From contig NZ_CP064923.1 of NCBI RefSeq assembly GCF_018336915.1, forward strand, positions 4,770,001-4,802,000: DNA of 32,000 nucleotides. The letters run 5' to 3'. A program made the position numbers and the translations under genes. The notes under the pieces are model-generated. The model ran no database searches. It saw only the letters and a program-made list of their open reading frames with translations, and was not told the DNA's origin. Positions 27,022 through 32,000 of this stretch are shown here, piece by piece; position 1 is the first letter of the stretch, and each line of letters opens with the position of its first letter. This stretch comes from Acaryochloris marina S15 (GTDB lineage Bacteria > Cyanobacteriota > Cyanobacteriia > Thermosynechococcales > Thermosynechococcaceae).

Positions 27022-28452
27022 CTAGCTGTTGGACTCATTAATAGCAGTCCATTCCGTATGAAACGTCCCTTCCTTGTCAATCCGCTGATAGGTATGGGCA
27101 CCAAAGAAATCGCGCTGGGCCTGGGTTAGGTTTTGGGGCAGGCGATCACGGCGATAGCTATCAAAGTAATCCAAAGAAGCACTAAAGGCCGGGACTGGAA
27201 TACCGAGCTGAGCTGCAGTGGCCATCACTTCTCGCCAGGCTTGCTGACGGTCCAAAATGGTCTGCCGAAACTCAGGAGCAAGCAGTAGGTTGGCTAGGGC
27301 CGGATCATCGGCAAAGGCTGACTTGATCTTGTCCAAGAAGCTCGCCCGAATAATACAGCCCCCCTTCCAAATCCGAGAGATTTCACTCAAATTCAGATTG
27401 AAATTAAATTCCTTTGAAGCGGCACTCATCAAAGCCATGCCCTGAGCATAGGAGCAAATCTTGGAGCAATAAAGGGCATCTCGAACTTTGCCAATAAAGG
27501 CTTGCTTGTCGCCACTAAAGGTGGCCGTGGGTCCGGTCAAGATTTCAGCAGCCTTAACCCGCTCATCCTTAAAAGATGAGGTAATTCGAGCATTCACAGC
27601 TGCTGTAATCGTGGGGATGGGTACGCCTAATTCCAAGGCACTCATCACGGTCCAACGGCCTGTGCCTTTCTGGCCTGCTTTATCCAAAATTAGCTCGACT
27701 AGAGGCTGCTGGGTACCTGGATCAACGTAGGTAAAAATTTCAGCCGTAATTTCCACCAAAAAGGAATTCAGTTCATCCGTGGTGTTCCACTCACTAAACA
27801 CCTCATGCAGTTCTGTATGACTCAGTCCTAGAACATTTTTGAGCAGGTCATAGGCTTCGGCAATCAGCTGCATATCGCCATATTCAATGCCGTTATGGAC
27901 CATTTTGACGTAGTGACCTGCACCCCCTGGGCCAATATAGGTGACGCAAGGCCCGTCATCCACCTGAGCCGCAATTTTCGTCAGAATTGGAGACAGATCT
28001 TTATAGGCTGCTTCTGTGCCTCCGGGCATCAGACTGGGACCGTTCAGCGCCCCTTCTTCACCACCACTAACGCCCATGCCGATGAAGCGCAAGCCAACTG
28101 CTTCTAGCTCTTCTGTGCGGCGAACTGTATCTCCATACAAAGAGTTACCGCCATCAATCAGCACATCGCCTGGCTCTAGCATGGGCTTAAGCTGCTGAAT
28201 CACCGCATCCACAGGTGCGCCAGCTTTCACCATGATCATGATGCGTCGAGGACGGGCAAGGGATGCTACGAGTTCTTCGGGCGTAAACGCGGCGACCACT
28301 TGTCGTCCTTGGGCCCGCTCCGCCATAAAGGCATCTGTTTTTGCTCGTGTCCGATTGTAGACAGCGATGGGAAAACCATTGCGCTCAACGTTGAGGGCTA
28401 GATTTTCCCCCATGACCGCGAGGCCAATCAGTCCAAATTGTTGCTGGGGCAT
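27022..28452 (-). CDS. gnd: 6-phosphogluconate dehydrogenase, decarboxylating
   Basis: 476 aa with the N-terminal GLIGLAVMGENLALN Rossmann motif and the conserved GAGHYVKMVHNGIEYGDMQLI and GTGRWT blocks. Confidence 0.97.
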   Translation of the reverse strand: MPQQQFGLIGLAVMGENLALNVERNGFPIAVYNRTRAKTDAFMAERAQGRQVVAAFTPEELVASLARPRRIMIMVKAGAPVDAVIQQLKPMLEPGDVLIDGGNSLYGDTVRRTEELEAVGLRFIGMGVSGGEEGALNGPSLMPGGTEAAYKDLSPILTKIAAQVDDGPCVTYIGPGGAGHYVKMVHNGIEYGDMQLIAEAYDLLKNVLGLSHTELHEVFSEWNTTDELNSFLVEITAEIFTYVDPGTQQPLVELILDKAGQKGTGRWTVMSALELGVPIPTITAAVNARITSSFKDERVKAAEILTGPTATFSGDKQAFIGKVRDALYCSKICSYAQGMALMSAASKEFNFNLNLSEISRIWKGGCIIRASFLDKIKSAFADDPALANLLLAPEFRQTILDRQQAWREVMATAAQLGIPVPAFSASLDYFDSYRRDRLPQNLTQAQRDFFGAHTYQRIDKEGTFHTEWTAINESNS

Positions 28453-28706
28453 AAGGAATTTGCTCTAAATAATGAGAGTCACAATGCGTTCACTACAGGG
28501 TAGCTCGATCCCCATGGGAACTACTGGAAGAAGAGATTAAAAGACACCAAGAATCGGGTGAGAATCGGTCAGACATTACACAAGTCAGCCATCCTGAGCG
28601 GGTATTTAATGCCTATCAACAGTGTTCAGCTAAGCTTCATCAAATGGTTGTCAGAATACAAGCCTTCAAATAGCTTCTCAATCTTAAAGCGCAGGTGTTT
28701 TCAGAA

Positions 28707-28734
28707 TCTGCTTCCTTAAATTTAAGGAAGCAGA
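28707..28734. promoter_or_regulatory. 28-bp perfect palindrome TCTGCTTCCTTAAA|TTTAAGGAAGCAGA
   Basis: Read directly: the two 14-nt arms are exact reverse complements with no spacer. It lies in the region upstream of gnd, 64 nt from the IS1 end. Its function (operator or hairpin) is unknown. Confidence 0.4.
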
Positions 28735-28789
28735 GTTATTGATTGCTCTTGTAGCTCAAAAAACACATTGCTAAATAGACTTGTTCCTC

Positions 28790-28797
28790 ATTCATTG
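28790..28797. repeat. ATTCATTG, left target-site duplication of the IS1-family element
   Basis: An identical 8-mer abuts the other IS end at 29701-29708. Confidence 0.85.
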
Positions 28798-28806
28798 GGT
28801 CGTGCA

Positions 28807-29307
28807 TCAAACAATTGTGGGGTAGGTGAGTATGTCATCCCAATGCCAAGCTCGCGAGGCTAGATCAGCACGTTGTGCCGCCGTTGTTTTAAGCCGACTG
28901 TGTGTCCAAATCCAATTGAAATAGCTGACCACTAATCGAGCAGTGACTTTGGTTTGCGCCCACACTTTGCCAAATTTGTTCTGGCGTCGATGCCATCGAC
29001 CACTGTGCTGTCGAATAATGCCATTGGTGCGTTCGAGTCGTTGAGTTCTGTCCTTGCCAATGTAATGGTCAATCTCCCAAGGCAACACTCTTTCGTAACC
29101 ACCCCAATCGTCGCTATTCCAGTCCTTGCAATCGGTCTTACCTTCAGTGCTAGTCACCAGTTCATTCAATAATGAATCGGTGTGCTTGCCCACACGACAC
29201 GAGAGGATCACGCCGCTTGTGTTTGCCAAGGTAATCGCCATCCAACAATCACCCATCTCTAGCTCATGGGGAAGACAGTGTTTTTGCTTTTTTTCACAAA
29301 GGACCAC
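28807..29307 (-). CDS. insB: IS1 family transposase catalytic part (InsB frame), expressed by -1 frameshift as InsAB'
   Basis: It lies in the -1 frame relative to insA. A shift at GTG-AAA-AAA-AGC (plus-strand T7 at 29290-29296) would give ...DEMWSFVKKKQKHC..., joined to a DDE-type core. Confidence 0.85.
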   Translation of the reverse strand: MVLCEKKQKHCLPHELEMGDCWMAITLANTSGVILSCRVGKHTDSLLNELVTSTEGKTDCKDWNSDDWGGYERVLPWEIDHYIGKDRTQRLERTNGIIRQHSGRWHRRQNKFGKVWAQTKVTARLVVSYFNWIWTHSRLKTTAAQRADLASRAWHWDDILTYPTIV

Positions 29308-29636
29308 ATTTCATCTGCACTGACATCCTCCGTTTCAACGGCTTGCACTTGGCCATTATGGAGTTGCTGAGATCGTTGGCTAGCAGCTCTTACTAGAGAG
29401 ACTACAGTGTTGTAAGCCAGGCCACTGGTCCGAGTGATACCTCGAAGACTACTCCCTTCTGCATGGGCTTGGAGAACTTGTCGGACCTGCTCTGGACTCA
29501 CCTGACGACGATAGTAAAGGGTATCAAAGCGTTCAGTAAAGGTCTGCTGGCACTCAGGACAACGGTATCGTTGAAGCATGTTGGGCATCTTGCCATGCTT
29601 GTGTGCTTTGGAATGACCGCATAGTGGGCATTGCAT
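29259..29636 (-). CDS. insA: IS1 family InsA-like protein (zinc finger + HTH), upstream frame of the transposase
   Basis: CPLCG...CPEC zinc-finger pairs and an HTH region. It ends just after the DEMWSFVKK motif at the A7 run. Confidence 0.85.
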   Translation of the reverse strand: MQCPLCGHSKAHKHGKMPNMLQRYRCPECQQTFTERFDTLYYRRQVSPEQVRQVLQAHAEGSSLRGITRTSGLAYNTVVSLVRAASQRSQQLHNGQVQAVETEDVSADEMWSFVKKSKNTVFPMS

Positions 29637-29700
29637 GGGTAGGTTAGAAGCTGAGCTGAGCCTCTAGTATACTCAACCCACAATTACTTGAGGCACGACC

Positions 29701-29708
29701 ATTCATTG
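29701..29708. repeat. ATTCATTG, right target-site duplication of the IS1-family element
   Basis: Identical to 28790-28797. Confidence 0.85.
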
Positions 29709-29834
29709 CTATCGTTGCCGTTGAATCGTCGCTCCTAACACAGAGAATCATCAACGAGTAAGTGCATGCGGAAAGCAGGCTATATCACATGCTGCTGTAT
29801 TCTACTTGGGAATGAAGAATGTAAAGCGTAGTAC

Positions 29835-30176
29835 ATGGCAAAACTACCCGAGAGTCTCCTATCCACAATTTTTGAGTTGCTTCAGAAACTTGCTAAAGGG
29901 ATTGAGGAGGCATCTGCAATTGAGTGGACTCTCTACGAGCAGCATGGTGAAACAGCTGAAACAATGGAAGAGTTAAGAGAACTACAGAATGCTAGAGAGC
30001 GTCTGGTGTCCCCTTACTCACGTTTGAACACATTATTGCTTAGAATTTTGGAGTCCCAACCTATAGCTGACCCTGCTATGCTGGAATTATTGATCCAAAC
30101 AGTAAGTCAAGCTCAAGCCTCAACTGATGCGTCTTGGGCCAGTGTTCAAGAGGTCAAACGAGTTTGGAGGCTTTGA
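29835..30176 (+). CDS. Hypothetical all-helical small protein (113 aa)
   Basis: ATG ORF with no recognised motif. Its stop overlaps the ATG of the next ORF (TGATG). Confidence 0.5.
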   Translation: MAKLPESLLSTIFELLQKLAKGIEEASAIEWTLYEQHGETAETMEELRELQNARERLVSPYSRLNTLLLRILESQPIADPAMLELLIQTVSQAQASTDASWASVQEVKRVWRL

Positions 30177-30352
30177 TGGCAGATAACAAAACAGCGATTC
30201 CAAGCATTGAAGAAAGGCAACAGGCTCTTGAAATGCTAAGAGTGAGCAACCAACAGTTGGAACTCACCGCCATAGCATTAGACAAACTGATAACCACAGT
30301 AGAGACAGGTCTAAGCCGACAATATCACCAGCGCGTGGAGAAAAGCCTCTAG
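30176..30352 (+). CDS. Hypothetical small helical protein (58 aa)
   Basis: The ATG at 30176 overlaps the upstream TGA by 1 nt and is preceded by GGAGG (30166-30170). The track's longer ORF (30134-) overlaps the previous gene and is less likely. Confidence 0.45.
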   Translation: MADNKTAIPSIEERQQALEMLRVSNQQLELTAIALDKLITTVETGLSRQYHQRVEKSL

Positions 30353-30467
30353 CAGCTCTACTTCCTAACAAGTTTGTCTCAGGGGCGCAGGTGGAATTTG
30401 AAAAATCTCCATAGAGGGTGCGCATTGTTAATGCCGTACACTCCGTATAAGCGAGACACACTAAGGT

Positions 30468-31007
30468 CTAATAGTATTTTTCAGGGAAACCATAAAGCAG
30501 TTCACTCGGATAGGCTGTATCAACTAGAAATTCAGAAACTTCGACATCAAATAATTGGCTGATCGAATACTTATCGAGGTATTCCTTGATTTGACTTGGA
30601 TTTGAAAGATCGTAGTCATTGATGTATTGATCAACAATTTCACTGCGCAAAGAATGCAGCCATCTCTGAGGAAAATCACTGTCTAAGTCTGAATCAAAAA
30701 AAGGAATTAATAAGAAGATAGGATCCAGCTTTTCTGAAGATTTACTCTGCAATATTGGCAGAGGTTGCAGAATACATATTCCTCTATTGATACGAGCATC
30801 CGACCAATGTTCGAATTTCGGTAGTGGCGGGAAAAATCTACTAATCCCTGTGTCGCAGGCGGCTCGCCATTCAGCCATACCAGATGTATAGACTAACGTT
30901 TTTTGATTGACTACATTTGTTAATGCCAGCTCTCTAAGTTGAGCGAGAGAGATAGGGCCTACAACTTCTTTGCCAACCATATAATGCCAAGCATCATTGT
31001 CGCTCAT
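30468..31007 (-). CDS. GYF_2 (DUF4339) domain-containing protein with uncharacterised C-terminal domain
   Basis: N-terminal WHYMVGKEVVGPISLAQLRELALTNVVNQKTLVYTSGMAEWRAA fits the GYF_2 pattern (W.Y..G...GP.s..eL..l......TLVW..GM..W..A). The remaining ~120 aa are unrecognised. Confidence 0.75.
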   Translation of the reverse strand: MSDNDAWHYMVGKEVVGPISLAQLRELALTNVVNQKTLVYTSGMAEWRAACDTGISRFFPPLPKFEHWSDARINRGICILQPLPILQSKSSEKLDPIFLLIPFFDSDLDSDFPQRWLHSLRSEIVDQYINDYDLSNPSQIKEYLDKYSISQLFDVEVSEFLVDTAYPSELLYGFPEKYY

Positions 31008-31199
31008 ATCAGCATTTAATTGATTTTGGTAACAGCTTCACGAAGTGCCATCAAAGGTACGAATGGCTATCAGAAAAGTTCAATAAATCGCTCAAGTCTA
31101 AGCTTTCCTTGCACAGGATGAATTAGATAACGCAACAACAAAGAGTGACTTATAAAACTATAGGTGATCTCCCATCTACCCCAAACACATAGAAAATAT

Positions 31200-31715
31200 T
31201 TAGAACGTCACATACAGCCCACTCTGTCGCGCAAGGCAACTTCTGAGGAATGAAAGGTACTCTATCGTCAAGGAATTATCCGACTTAGATAGAAGTTCAA
31301 AGGACTGGCTTACCTCATCTGGTGATTGAAAATACGATCCCATTTTCCCTGGATCAAACGGATTGAAAGAAGGTCCAACGGTTTGACCCAACAGAGCGGC
31401 TTGGGATGAGTGAGTTAAACAATCGCCACAATCAAGCCATGCAGAACCGATACCAAAATCTTTGATTGGATCATAGAAGCGGGTAATCGCAAAATCTCCA
31501 AGTGTGTGAACATCATGAACATTTTCTACTTGTGTTCGCCAATCTAAATTGAGAGGTTCCCCTTCATATGGATCAACAAGGAATCGCACATTTTCTTCTA
31601 TGTATGAGTGCAGTGGAACTACATCATTTGATGCAAGAGCATTATGTAAAATCGTGAGAAAGTCAGTCTTAAAAAACTGCCAATCAAATTCGAAAGCTTT
31701 ATGCTCCATCGACAT
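31200..31715 (-). CDS. Hypothetical protein (171 aa), no recognised domain
   Basis: Clean ATG ORF on the same strand as, and between, the TIR-like gene tail and the GYF_2 gene. AT-rich. Confidence 0.6.
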   Translation of the reverse strand: MSMEHKAFEFDWQFFKTDFLTILHNALASNDVVPLHSYIEENVRFLVDPYEGEPLNLDWRTQVENVHDVHTLGDFAITRFYDPIKDFGIGSAWLDCGDCLTHSSQAALLGQTVGPSFNPFDPGKMGSYFQSPDEVSQSFELLSKSDNSLTIEYLSFLRSCLARQSGLYVTF

Positions 31716-31815
31716 AAATCAAAGTTGGATCGGTTAACGCCCAAAATCACCGGGCCGCTGCTAGCGACGCTCCATTTAAATCTGACTGAATCGGCGGCTC
31801 CGGTGCATGTATTTG

Positions 31816-32000
31816 TTAGGCATTTTTTACGCCGAGTGCAAAATCGAGTGCGCGCTGAAAACGGGATAAAGGGATTCCGTGCTCCGTTCGTTCTAAGTCA
31901 GACGAGTGATAGTTCAGCCAATGATATTTCTTCAACGCCTCTGGTGGTTCACAGTCTGTGTCCAACAAAACGGGAATAATGTAGATTTCGCCCTCTGGCA
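31816..32000 (-). CDS. 3' end of a probable TIR-domain protein (gene continues beyond window end)
   Basis: The minus-strand frame is open from the window edge (codons from 31998) to the TAA at 31818-31816. It encodes PEGEIYIIPVLLDTDCEPPEALKKYHWLNYHSSDLERTEHGIPLSRFQRALDFALGVKNA. The IIPV.L....C..P..L....W.. then G....L..AL pattern matches the C-terminal third of bacterial TIR_2 domains as I recall them. It is not in the ORF track because it is truncated. Confidence 0.5.
   Translation of the reverse strand, partial: PEGEIYIIPVLLDTDCEPPEALKKYHWLNYHSSDLERTEHGIPLSRFQRALDFALGVKNA

Larger units (their letters stand above)
28798..29700 (-). mobile_element. IS1-family insertion sequence (903 bp)
   Basis: Terminal inverted repeats GGTCGTGCATCAAACAATTGTGGG (28798-) and the reverse complement of ...CCCACAATTACTTGAGGCACGACC (-29700) match at 21 of 24 positions. 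There are two overlapping ORFs (insA and insB) with an A7 slippery run, and 8-bp direct repeats flank the element. Confidence 0.9.

Noticed and set aside
31701-31979. 92-aa plus-strand ORF at the window end
   Set aside because: It is antisense shadow of the minus-strand TIR-like coding frame, which has a far more protein-like translation.
1-32000. Search for CRISPR arrays, tRNA, rRNA or tmRNA genes and long tandem repeats
   Set aside because: I found no regularly spaced direct repeats, no tRNA-like T-arm or acceptor signatures in the intergenic regions, and no rRNA-like sequence. The only tandem repetition is the 15-nt PIDDI-coding unit at 26225-26275 inside a CDS.

Overview
This 32-kb window looks like a cyanobacterial chromosome. 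The HIP1 octamer GCGATCGC occurs 11 times, and the gene content fits (serS, hom, gnd, sppA, peptide ABC importer parts, di-haem cytochrome c peroxidase). The core is ordinary housekeeping and envelope genes on both strands, with no rRNA, tRNA or CRISPR array seen. Four accessory features interrupt it. (1) An IS1634-family element at about 10.25-12.03 kb has split a ~253-aa orphan ORF, and both halves remain open and in frame. (2) A 700-aa gene fuses a lactose/cellobiose-type PTS EIIC permease domain to a catalytically complete EAL (c-di-GMP phosphodiesterase) domain. It is more AT-rich than its neighbours on spot counts and is bracketed by a ~110-130-nt diverged direct repeat derived from the 3' end of the adjacent AsmA-like gene. 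(3) An IS1-family element (28798-29700) has an intact 8-bp target duplication and an A7 frameshift site. (4) An AT-rich islet beyond it (29.7-32.0 kb) carries a translationally coupled pair of small helical ORFs, a GYF_2-domain protein, a 171-aa orphan and the 3' tail of what looks like a TIR-domain gene running off the window edge. The EIIC-EAL insertion and the TIR-linked islet are the best candidates for undescribed biology. All functional calls rest on motif recognition by eye and need HMM or structure searches.
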